NCBI RefSeq assembly: GCF_000012905.2
Contig: NC_007494.2
Span: 720,001-752,000, forward strand
DNA length: 32,000 nt
Reading direction: 5' to 3'
DNA from: Cereibacter sphaeroides 2.4.1
Lineage (GTDB): Bacteria; Pseudomonadota; Alphaproteobacteria; Rhodobacterales; Rhodobacteraceae
The notes beneath the pieces are model-generated. The model searched no databases, had not been told where the DNA came from, and worked only from the letters and a program-made list of their open reading frames with translations. This document shows, piece after piece, positions 11,456 to 19,411 of the stretch. A program made the position numbers and the translations under genes. Every line of letters starts with the position of its first letter. Within the stretch, counting starts at the first letter, position 1.

Positions 11456-11839
11456 TCAGGCGACCAGTTGTGCCGCTTTCCGCTTCGCATAACGAAGGTC
11501 GCGGGCCGTTTTTCGGGCGGCTTCATCGGAAAGGACAAGCGCAATTCGTCGGGCCTGAGCCGACTGGCTCGCTTCAATCTCTGCTGCCTCAGCGGCCTGT
11601 CGGCGCTCATCTTCCTCGACAACTGCGGCAGCCTCGGCGGCCGCGATCTGCAGCTCCTCCAGCTTCTCCGCTTCGCGCGCTGCGCGTCGTGCGTCGCGTG
11701 CCCGCGCCACCTCGGCACGTGCAGCCAGCTTTACGGCCAGATCAGGGGAGGCGGTCGCGCTTTTGAACTTTTCCAGCAGCGCTGCTTTGGCATTGCTCGC
11801 ATCGCTTCTGCGATCCGAATATTCTTTGAATCTTGTCAT
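11456..11839 (-). CDS. Conserved alphaproteobacterial Ala/Arg/Glu-rich hypothetical protein (DUF6481-like, from memory)
   Basis: 127 aa, MTRFKEYSDRRSDASNAKAALLEKFK... followed by coiled-coil-like A/E/R repeats. This N-terminal signature recurs in small alphaproteobacterial proteins. Confidence 0.6.
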   Translation of the reverse strand: MTRFKEYSDRRSDASNAKAALLEKFKSATASPDLAVKLAARAEVARARDARRAAREAEKLEELQIAAAEAAAVVEEDERRQAAEAAEIEASQSAQARRIALVLSDEAARKTARDLRYAKRKAAQLVA

Positions 11840-11880
11840 TCCGTGTTCTCTGCTGATGGTGTGAATTCGGCAAGGATCTG

Positions 11881-12102
11881 TCAGACTGGATTGGCGCGCC
11901 GTTTTGATGGCAGAGAAGATATTTCCTTCCCTGCCTGTTCTCTTTCGAGACGCGCCATTCTCAGTCTGCGGGTTTTATCCGCACGCTCGGATAGCTCCGC
12001 ATCATGCTCCCGCAAAGCACGCGTGCGATCCAGAAACTGCGATTGCGTTTTATCGAAAGCCGTTTCCGCAATCTGCCGTGCTCTGCTCATTGTACCAGAC
12101 AT
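11881..12102 (-). CDS. Hypothetical small protein (73 aa)
   Basis: ATG 12100-12102 with GGAG 7 nt upstream. Helical, charged sequence (MSGTMSRARQIAETAFDKTQSQFLDRTRALREHDAELSERADKTRRLRMARLERE...). Confidence 0.5.
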   Translation of the reverse strand: MSGTMSRARQIAETAFDKTQSQFLDRTRALREHDAELSERADKTRRLRMARLEREQAGKEISSLPSKRRANPV

Positions 12103-12404
12103 GATGAACTCCGACTACAAGAACGTTTCCAACTCGCACCGGAAGAGAGATCTCCCACTCCGACACTGTGTTTTCTCAGCGCTGCAGTCGAGACTGTGCC
12201 GCTCTGCCTTCCGGGGGAATGCACAGGGCAGGACCACTCAAAGCGCAGGAGAAATGACAAGGGAAAGGGGTGGCCCCAGCCAAGTTCAATCAACCAGATA
12301 TCTTTCATGAAAGACGAACGGCATATGCGAGATAGCATCTTCACCATTCAAGGGATTGCGGGTCCGGCGTCGAACCGATCCCGCATTCGTTGTCGGCCTG
12401 AAAT

Positions 12405-12611
12405 TCAGGCAAGGACGAGGTTCGTCGCGGACTCGCGACCGTTGCGGTCGGTTTCCATGTCGTACGTCAGGGCCTGACCGTCATTCAGCTGACGGATCCC
12501 GGCGCGTTCCAGCGCAGTCACATGGACAAACACGTCCTTGGACCCATGCGCCGGGGCGATGAAACCGAAACCTTTGGTGGCGTTGAACCATTTCACGGTG
12601 CCATTGGCCAT
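12405..12611 (-). CDS. cspA: Cold-shock protein, CspA family (68 aa)
   Basis: [42 protein letters not shown]... with RNP1/RNP2 motifs (KGFGFI, VFVH). The start is the internal ATG at 12609-12611 with AAAGGA upstream. The rest of the listed ORF is 5' UTR. Confidence 0.95.
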   Translation of the reverse strand: MANGTVKWFNATKGFGFIAPAHGSKDVFVHVTALERAGIRQLNDGQALTYDMETDRNGRESATNLVLA

Positions 12612-12633
12612 CGTGACTTTTCCTTTCAAGGGT

Positions 12634-12655
12634 GCCGCCCGCGAAATGCGGCGGC
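12634..12655 (-). promoter_or_regulatory. Conserved 5'-UTR hairpin of csp copy 1
   Basis: Minus strand gccgccgcatttcgcgggcggc: a 6-bp + 2-bp stem with a bulged G, ending 22 nt before the ATG. Same architecture and spacing as 13264-13285, with one compensatory pair change. Confidence 0.45.
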
Positions 12656-13263
12656 CCGGCAAAGCTGAAGATTCAAAGCTGAGCCGAAAGGGACAGGTCC
12701 GAAAAACAGAAGATGCACAGTACACATATTGCAGGAGAGGCAAGATTACCAGCTGAGGATTTCTCAACGTGGTCGTCTACGGTGTTACCTGCTGTTATCG
12801 CTGCAAACTATCTTTCTGCGGCTCAGCATGACCCTCGCCCGCGTCGGCAGACCTGCCGCCCGTTTGCGGCAATAAAGGCCACACCTCGTCCAAGGGAGGG
12901 TTTCGCTACACTGGGCGCAAGTCATGACGTGAAGCACTGGAAGACCGCTTTCCGCCCTCCAGCGCATGGGCTCGTTTTGCGGTGCGCCTTATGTGGCCGT
13001 CGGCGAAAGGGCTGGCTGCGGACCTTCGCCTGCCTCGGTTCAAAGGACCTGCTTCGGGCAAGCGACGGTAACTACGGCTGCTTCTGACCCAGTATGTCGA
13101 TGCCGGGAAGACGCGCCCATGACCCGCACTCTTTCAGTGAGCTTTTTTTCCACCACGGCTTGTGCGAAATGAAGATGTCTGTCATAAGGGCCGGGCTAAG
13201 CATCCTCTTTCGAACTTCTGTTTCCTTGCGGCTTCAGTTGCGACTCTGACGAAACTGAGCCAG

Positions 13264-13285
13264 GCCACCGCATCACGCGGGTGGC
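13264..13285 (+). promoter_or_regulatory. Conserved 5'-UTR hairpin of csp copy 2
   Basis: gccaccgcatcacgcgggtggc, with the same fold as the copy-1 hairpin. Stem position 4:19 is A-T here and G-C in copy 1. It ends 22 nt before ATG 13308. Confidence 0.45.
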
Positions 13286-13307
13286 GAACAAGACAGGAGA
13301 GATCACG

Positions 13308-13514
13308 ATGGCCAATGGCACCGTGAAATGGTTCAACGCAACTAAAGGGTTCGGCTTCATCGCGCCGACGGGCGGCTCGAAGGACGTTTTCGTCCATGTG
13401 ACCGCGCTTGAGCGCGCTGGCATTCGGCAACTCGACGATGGCCAGGCGGTGAGCTTCGACCTCGAGCGCGATCGCAACGGCCGCGAGTCGGCGACGAACC
13501 TCGTTCTCGCCTGA
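13308..13514 (+). CDS. cspA: Cold-shock protein, CspA family (68 aa)
   Basis: [42 protein letters not shown]..., with ACAGGAGAG upstream of ATG 13308. Divergent from the other csp copy. Confidence 0.95.
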   Translation: MANGTVKWFNATKGFGFIAPTGGSKDVFVHVTALERAGIRQLDDGQAVSFDLERDRNGRESATNLVLA

Positions 13515-13533
13515 GCGACGACTGCTGAGACCG

Positions 13534-13565
13534 GAAAGCGGGGCGGCTTGAAGCTGCCCGCTTTC
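13534..13565 (+). terminator. Rho-independent-like terminator after csp copy 2
   Basis: GAAAGCGGG (13534-13542) pairs with CCCGCTTTC (13557-13565), followed by ATTCG. T-rich 3' side (CTTTCATT). Confidence 0.55.
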
Positions 13566-13898
13566 ATTCGAACCGCAGCGGCCTCTCAGGCTGCGCGGTT
13601 CTCTTTATCCGAAAGAAATGACTTGATCGAAATTCACTGGGGGGAACCCCTGTCCTTCGTCGTGTCTCCGGAAGGGGACGTTCAGAAGTTCACGACCATC
13701 GAACAGGCGAGATACTGGCTGCGCCGTAGATGGCCGGTCGAGAATGACGCGCGACGGCGTGCCATCCATCATCTTGAAGCCGCAATGGATTGTGTGGGTT
13801 CGGTCGGCAGCGCCCGCCGCTCATTCATCGCCGCCGCCCGGAGCGCAGGCTTCGTGGCCGAGGATTTGATGAGCCAGGACCATCGGACCCTCTCCTGA
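13548..13898 (+). CDS. DUF982-like protein
   Basis: IHWGEPLSFVV...FTTIEQARYWLRRRWPVENDARRRAIHHLEAAMDCVGSVGSARRSFIAAARSAGF matches the DUF982 pattern (W..PV, eA...L...WP, AR.aF..AA..aG). The start is uncertain. The listed TTG 13548 sits inside the csp terminator hairpin, so TTG 13623 is an alternative. Confidence 0.65.
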   Translation: MKLPAFIRTAAASQAARFSLSERNDLIEIHWGEPLSFVVSPEGDVQKFTTIEQARYWLRRRWPVENDARRRAIHHLEAAMDCVGSVGSARRSFIAAARSAGFVAEDLMSQDHRTLS

Positions 13899-15114
13899 CT
13901 TCCGACAGCGCTCGGACGCAGGTGAGGCTTCCCGCACCGGCTTTGCGGTGCGATATGCTCGTACTCCAGCGCCACTCTCGCTCCATCTCGGTGGCGCTTC
14001 CCGCCTGCATCCCTGACGTTCTCTGCCAGAGCCGGTAGTCATAGCGCAGCCCCGTGATGGGCCGCAGGCTCCATTGCGGAGGGGAATACTGCCTGCGGCC
14101 CGGTCGCTGCCCGGCGGAGACCGAGCTAGCGACCCGGGTGAGGTAGCAGGTCATCCCCTTTAGTCCAGCGTTGCACTGAAGTCCGGCTGCGTGGGGCGCT
14201 CGGCTTCTACGCCGTTGATCCCGTTCAGTCGGATATGCTCCAGTGGTGGAGCACCGCCGCATTACTCTTCCAGCACCTTCCCCGGCGCATGCACGGCCGT
14301 GCTGGCCTGCCCAGTCCGACTTCGGCGGCGGCCATGCGGTTTAGGGACAGCGCCAAAGAACGGCCGCAGGGTTCTAAACCGTAACCAGATCCCCACGGCC
14401 TGACCGAAGGCGCACCCGTCGGCGCACCCGCGGCTCTCATCAAGATGAAGTAGATTACCGAAAACGGGGTGAGACAGGTTGCCGCCGCCGTGGAGCCAAG
14501 GCGGCCGCGGGCTGACGGTGGCGAGAGCCCGCGGCCTGACCAGACGAAGCCGTTAGGGGCGGCGTCGGTGGCTACGGGAATCCTACCATTATCTCACCCT
14601 TGAAGGGTGCGACCGATTGTCTGGCAGAACGTTGTGCGTGGGGCCGCAAGATCTCCGCTCCCGCCAGCATCCTGCGGCCCCGCTTTTCGCGGCTTTAGCG
14701 CAGATGAGCCGCGGGAAAGCGGTACACTATAGCAATCCGCCGGAGAGAAGCCGACGCCCGAATCTGGGCGATGCACCTTGTTGCCGAGGTGCGGCTTTAG
14801 CGGAATGCCTCCTCTGGCAGGGCACCCTGGTACCCTGGCATCCTGTCAGCACTGGGCGGCTAGCGTATGTGCCGAACTTGGGAGACGCGCCCGGGTTCAC
14901 TGAACCTGTGTGAACCCGGACAACTTGGCTAAACCGCGAACAGACGCAATTTACAACACGCGCCTTTGACTGAAACTCGGTACCTTGGCACTGGCGTCCT
15001 CTTTCACACTGAGGATGCCGGGTACGCGCCCCTCACCGCCTTACAATCTCAAGACTGCAACAAGGTGGGGGCTTTCCCCAAGACGCCCCCTCGCCACCAT
15101 CGGTTTCCAAACAC
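13899..15114. other. ORF-poor, hairpin-dense 1.2-kb segment of unknown nature next to the integrase (possible structured RNA and/or attL region)
   Basis: There are no protein-like ORFs on either strand. Perfect stems at 14503-14513/14526-14536 (11 bp) and 14891-14900/14910-14919 (10 bp). GCGGCTTTAGCG is repeated at 14689 and 14791. A 20-nt motif ccgaaNNtgggNgaNgcNcc is repeated at 14758 and 14872 (15/20 identical). Confidence 0.4.
15064..15098 (-). terminator. Hairpin just downstream of the integrase stop
   Basis: Minus strand GGTGGCGAGGGGGC-gtcttggggaaa-GCCCCCACC, followed by ttgttgcag. It begins 17 nt after the int stop codon. Confidence 0.35.
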
Positions 15115-16236
15115 TTAGACAGAATCGCCGCCCTCTGGTCCGCGCCGTTTTACAGCGCGTTTTACAGTGGGCGTTCCGACTCCGTGCTTTTCGAGCTTCG
15201 CCACGGCGGATTCTCCGAGGCGACGATCCCGTCCGAGATAGTGCTTCGACAGGATCCCTTCGGCATCCTTGAGACTGTGCCCGGTGAGCGCCGCGATCTC
15301 CGGCACGCTGCATCCGGCGAGCGCGAGGAACGTGACGGCCGTCCCCCGCAGATCGTGAAACGTCACGCCCTCGATGCCGGCCGAGGCCTGCGCCTTGCCG
15401 AAGCTCGTCTTGAAGCCGTCGCTGGTCCAGGGCTGGCCGCGCGAGGTCTCGCAGATGGTCAGGGTCCTGCGCCGCGCCTTCGCTTCCTCCATCGCCTCGC
15501 GCAGCGGCTGGGCCACCGGGATCAGCATGTGCCGGCCGGTCTTGCTCTGCCGCAGCCGAATCGCCTGGCCGTCGTAGGCGGTCCAGGTCAGCTGGAGGAT
15601 GTCGGCCTGACGCTGGCCGGTCCAGATCGCCAGCAGGAACGGCAGGCGCACCGGCCGCGGCGCCACGGCGAGGAAGGCCGCGATTTGGGCCTCGGTCCAG
15701 ATCGAGTCGGCGCGCGAGCCCGTATAGAGCCGGCCGGGCTTCTCACAGGGATTCACCGGGATCTTCCGCCGGTCGTGCGCCCAGGACAGGATCCGGGCGA
15801 GGACGCTGAAGGCATAGTCGGCGCTGCGCTTGCTCTTCTGCGCCAGCCGGTCGCGCCAGTCGAGGAACTCGCCGCGAACGCGCGGATCGGCCAGCGCCTG
15901 CACTGGCATGTCGCCGAAGTCGGCCTCGATCTGGCGGATATGACGGATGTAGCCCTTCCGGGTCGCCTCGGCGAGATCGGTGAAGGCCGGCGTCTTCTGG
16001 TAAGCCGTGATCAGCGCCTGCAGCGTGCCATCGTGATGCACGGGCCGGTCCCGCGCCGCGTGGGCGGCGTTGTAGGCGGCCACGAACTCGGCACTCCCCG
16101 GCGCCGCGTCGATCCTCGGGCCACCGCGCCAGGCATAATGGTAGACGGCGGTCTCGCCGCTCGCCAGCTTGCGGCGGACCCTATGAACGCCCTTCAACTC
16201 GACCTTCACGTTTTGCCTTCCATGCTCCGAATGCAT
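15115..16236 (-). CDS. int: Tyrosine recombinase / phage integrase
   Basis: 373 aa. C-terminal catalytic region (LAIWTGQRQADIL, HDLRGTAVTFLALAGCSVPEIAALTGHS, ILSKHYL). N-terminal KVELKGVHRVRRKLASGETAVYHYAWRGGPRI is typical of alphaproteobacterial phage integrases. GTG 16207-16209 is an alternative start. Confidence 0.93.
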   Translation of the reverse strand: MHSEHGRQNVKVELKGVHRVRRKLASGETAVYHYAWRGGPRIDAAPGSAEFVAAYNAAHAARDRPVHHDGTLQALITAYQKTPAFTDLAEATRKGYIRHIRQIEADFGDMPVQALADPRVRGEFLDWRDRLAQKSKRSADYAFSVLARILSWAHDRRKIPVNPCEKPGRLYTGSRADSIWTEAQIAAFLAVAPRPVRLPFLLAIWTGQRQADILQLTWTAYDGQAIRLRQSKTGRHMLIPVAQPLREAMEEAKARRRTLTICETSRGQPWTSDGFKTSFGKAQASAGIEGVTFHDLRGTAVTFLALAGCSVPEIAALTGHSLKDAEGILSKHYLGRDRRLGESAVAKLEKHGVGTPTVKRAVKRRGPEGGDSV

Positions 16237-16381
16237 CGTCGACCGGCGGTGCCTTCGTGCTCTCGCGGATCACGATGCGCCCGTCCGGCATGATCTCGCA
16301 GGCCCCGACATCCATGCCGGCATTCTTGGCCGCGCGGATCGCGCGGGTCAGGTCGACCTGACGGAATACGGATCGTGTCAT
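16181..16381 (-). CDS. Small protein upstream of and overlapping int (function unknown; excision/regulatory role possible)
   Basis: 66 aa, MTRSVFRQVDLTRAIRAAKNAGMDVGACEIMPDGRIVIRES... It overlaps the int 5' end. Similar small ORFs commonly precede alphaproteobacterial integrases (recall). Confidence 0.5.
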   Translation of the reverse strand: MTRSVFRQVDLTRAIRAAKNAGMDVGACEIMPDGRIVIRESTKAPPVDDAFGAWKAKREGRVEGRS

Positions 16382-16516
16382 GTCCCCTGCCCTCCCGCTT
16401 CTCTCCCTGCCGCCAGATCCGTTTCAGCCCGGCATGGAAGGAGCGCGACGCCTCGACACAACGAGACGGCTCGTTCGCGTGCTACAACGGGGCCGTGCTG
16501 GTGCGGTGAGGTGCGT

Positions 16517-17164
16517 ATGGAACTGGTCTTCAACCCGATCACCATAGCGTTTGGCGTGGCGTTCCTTATCGCCGTCTCCACCCTCGTCTTTCTGAAGACC
16601 CGGCGCCGGCGCGGCGGCAATGTCGCGCTCATCGGCATCTTCGCCGCCGTGGTTGCCCTGATCGCCGCCGCCGCTCTCTTCAAGGTCGAGCGCGATGCGC
16701 GGGCGGCCGGTTTCGAGAGCTGGTCTGACCGGCGGGCCGCTGCGGCCGCCGGCATCACCGACCCACAGGCGTGGAAGCAGAATCGCGCGGACGCCGAGTC
16801 TGCCACCGTGTTTGAGGATCCGGAGCGGATCGCGGCAGAGCGGGAGCAGGCAGAGGCAGCGGAGGCCGAACGCCAGAAGGCGGAGGCGAAAGAGGCCGCA
16901 GAGCGCCGCTTTGCCCCGCACTGCCTGAACCCCCAGGACGGATCGCACCCGGAGTTCGTGAGCGCGGTCAAGGCCCGGCTGCGCAACCCTGACAGCTTCG
17001 AGCACCTCGAGACACGCGTGCTTGAAGTGGACGAGGAGGGCAGGAACACCGTGGTCATGGGCTTCTGGATGCGGGACCGCTTCGGCGAGAAGAAGATGGA
17101 GACCGCCTTCGGGAGCTTTTCCAACAAGACCTGCGGGTCGTTGGACGTCCAGTTCTGGGAGTAG
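16517..17164 (+). CDS. Prophage-encoded membrane protein (2 TM helices + coiled-coil + small C-terminal domain)
   Basis: ATG 16517 (GTG 16511 also possible). MELVFNPITIAFGVAFLIAVSTLVFL and VALIGIFAAVVALIAAAALF are the helices, followed by an E/A/R-rich stretch, then CLNPQDGSHPEFVSAVKARLRNPDSFEHLETRV...VVMGFWMRDRFGEKKMETAFGSF. Confidence 0.6.
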   Translation: MELVFNPITIAFGVAFLIAVSTLVFLKTRRRRGGNVALIGIFAAVVALIAAAALFKVERDARAAGFESWSDRRAAAAAGITDPQAWKQNRADAESATVFEDPERIAAEREQAEAAEAERQKAEAKEAAERRFAPHCLNPQDGSHPEFVSAVKARLRNPDSFEHLETRVLEVDEEGRNTVVMGFWMRDRFGEKKMETAFGSFSNKTCGSLDVQFWE

Positions 17165-17252
17165 GGCACGGTCTGCATGGACTGAGCCTTGAGCTCTATG
17201 GGCCCGTCGCAGCCCCGTCGCACCGCAACGGCTGATAGCGAGGACCGATGCA

Positions 17253-17969
17253 TCACGCCACGGCCTCCCCTTCGGCCCACCCGCCCCACTGGTCGGCGCA
17301 GGCCTCGGCCACGCCCTCGAAGGTGCGGCTGCGGAATTTCCAGCGGTCGGGCCCCGGCGACGCGCGGTGGACGGCGGACCAGCGCTTGTGCTCGGGGGTG
17401 CCGGGCCGGGGCGGCGTCAGCCGGTTGGTGGCGGCGAGCCGCGGCAGGCCGCGCAGGTAGAAGCTCGTCGCCTTGAAGAAGGGCTCGCCGAACCACCAGG
17501 GCTGCACCGTCTGCGGCCGCGCGAGATCCGCCGGCAGACGGGCCCGGGCGTGCGGGTTCATCACCGGGTTCTCGACCGCCACGCGCGGCACCGGCGCCTG
17601 CCAGCAGGCCGCGAACAGCGCTGCGCCGCGGTCGAGGTCGGCCCACAGGAAGGCCAGCCGCTCCTCACGGCTCATGCGCAGGTAGGCCTCGCGCTCCGCC
17701 GCCGCATAGGTCTCGGGCAGGCGCTTCGAGGGCTCGTGCAGCCACCGGACGCCGCTGTTGCAGAGCCGCGTGCAGGGCGGGTGCGCCACTATCAGCAGAT
17801 CCCAGCCATCCGCCAGATGGTCCCGCACATCGCCCACGATGTGACGATTCGAGCGATCCTCGGCCGGCAGCAGGTCGCAGGACCAGACGTCATGTCCACG
17901 GGTGGCGAAGGCCCGACGCATCACGCCCGAGGCCTCGCAGCCGATCAGGATGCGGAGGGTGTCAGCCAT
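17253..17969 (-). CDS. Short C5-cytosine-methyltransferase-like protein (238 aa)
   Basis: GGAGG lies 6 nt before ATG 17967-17969. AHPPCTRLCNSG resembles MTase motif IV (PC), AVENPV resembles motif VI (ENV), and ILIGCEASG sits where motif I would be. It is too short for a canonical C5-MTase with a target-recognition domain. Confidence 0.65.
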   Translation of the reverse strand: MADTLRILIGCEASGVMRRAFATRGHDVWSCDLLPAEDRSNRHIVGDVRDHLADGWDLLIVAHPPCTRLCNSGVRWLHEPSKRLPETYAAAEREAYLRMSREERLAFLWADLDRGAALFAACWQAPVPRVAVENPVMNPHARARLPADLARPQTVQPWWFGEPFFKATSFYLRGLPRLAATNRLTPPRPGTPEHKRWSAVHRASPGPDRWKFRSRTFEGVAEACADQWGGWAEGEAVA

Positions 17970-18274
17970 GCTGCACCTCCGGCAGATACCGCAAGGCGGC
18001 AGGCGACACGTTGCGCGCGGATGTGAGGAGGCTGCTATGCCTGGGGGCCGGACGACCTACACGTCTTACATGTCCGGCGCGGATGACCCCTCGCGCCCTT
18101 GGGCGCAAGCACAGGCTAGTAGCGCAGGCGGGTGCTGCCGATCCTGCGGGGGCGAGTGGGATGTTCAGTAAGTTGATGAGTTTATCTGCTCGATAGTGCA
18201 TGTATGCACCAATATTGGTTAAGTAAACGCTACCACTTTCGATTGAATCAAAAGCCGGACAAATCACCCATGGA

Positions 18275-18586
18275 TCAGCCATTGGCGATCTCCAGCAGCA
18301 CGTCGGCATGACACGGCGCACCAGGCTGGCACCAGCAGGCGAGGTCTTTGCCGCGCAGTTCGCGGATCACATCCTCAACGGTGGTCCATTGCGCCGGGAT
18401 CTTCCCCTTCGGCCACGGCAAGGGAGCTGGTGACCAGCAGCCTTCCTTCTCGAGCAGCATCCGAAACGACTGGACGGCAAGCGCCGGGTCCATCGGCTTT
18501 TCCAGCGCGCTGCCCGGGTGGTTGACCACAAACGGGTTGCCCCACTTGGTCGAGCGATCAACCTTCACGGCGCCGGGCGGCAGCTC
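18275..18586 (-). pseudogene. DUF4326-family gene lacking its native 5' end (abuts the truncated portal)
   Basis: ELPPGAVKVDRSTKWGNPF...LRGKDLACWCQPGAPCHADVLLEIANG is the DUF4326 signature. No ATG/GTG/TTG occurs in the roughly 90 in-frame codons upstream, which are antisense to portal sequence. The only candidate start is GTG 18566-18568, inside the conserved block. Confidence 0.6.
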
Positions 18587-19411
18587 CGCGGCGTCTCGCG
18601 CTTCGCGCCCGCCATCGTGAAGCTCTTCCTGCTCGATCAGTACGACGATGCCGAGCTTGACCGGAAGAAGGTCGCGGCCATGTATGCGATGTTCATCACC
18701 TCGAACGATCCGGATGCGGCGCCGCTCGAGGGCGAGCTGGGCGATCAGGTGGCGCCGGGGCAGATCGTGCGTCTCGACCCCGGCGAGGACATGAAGGTGG
18801 CCGATCCCGCGGATTCGGGCGCGACCTACGAGCCGTTCCAGTACCGCACGCTCCTGCAGGTCTCGGCCGCCCTCGGGATCCCCTATGCCCACCTCTCGCA
18901 GGACATGGTGAAGGCGAACTACTCGAATGCCCGCACCGCCCTCATGGAGTTCCGCCGCCGGGTCGAGGCCTTCCAGCATTCGGTCCTCGTCTATCAGCTC
19001 TGCCGCCCGGTCTGGGCGCGCTTCACCGATCTCGCGGTGCTGACGGGAGCGGTGCGGTTGCCGGGCTACGAGCGGCGGCGGCGGGACTATCTCGCCTGCG
19101 AGTGGCTGCCGCCGAAGTGGCAATGGGTCGATCCGCTGAAGGACATCCGCGCCGAGATCGAGGAGATCGGCGCGGGCCTCAAGAGCCGGTCGCAGGCGAT
19201 CGGAGAGCGCGGCTACGACGCCGAGGAGGTCGACCGCCAGATCGCCGCCGACCGCAAGCGTGAGGGGCGGTTCGGGCTCGACTTCCGCCGCAGCGGGCAG
19301 GGCTCCTCCGCGCCTCCGACGCAGGACGGGGCGCGCGCCGACGAGGAGGACGAAGAGGACGACGACGGACGCGCGGCGGACCGCGACGCCGGCAGGAGGG
19401 CAGAGCCATGA
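18587..19411 (+). pseudogene. Phage portal protein, lambda family; C-terminal roughly half only
   Basis: RGVSRFAPAIVKLFLLDQYDDAELDRKKVAAMYAMFITS...PGEDMKVADP...YEPFQYRTLLQVSAALGIPYAHLSQD...WLPPKWQWVDPLKD matches the C-terminal part of lambda gpB-type portals. There is no N-terminal half, no start codon, and no terminase upstream. Confidence 0.75.

Noticed and set aside
12352-12395. tRNA-like 3' fragment on the minus strand just downstream of csp copy 1 (contains GGTTCGA: ...gcgggatcGGTTCGAcgccggacccgcaa...).
   Set aside because: Only a T-loop-like string is present. The T-stem pairs poorly, and there is no room for a full tRNA because the csp stop is at 12405. It has no CCA or proper acceptor. 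At most it is a decayed att-type fragment, and I cannot support it as a feature.
14900-15114. Expected a tRNA or tmRNA integration target next to the integrase.
   Set aside because: I found no cloverleaf, no GGTTCGAATCC-type T-arm and no ANDN-type tmRNA tag reading frame on either strand. I also saw no direct repeat of at least 12 nt shared with 26580-27130 that would define attL/attR.
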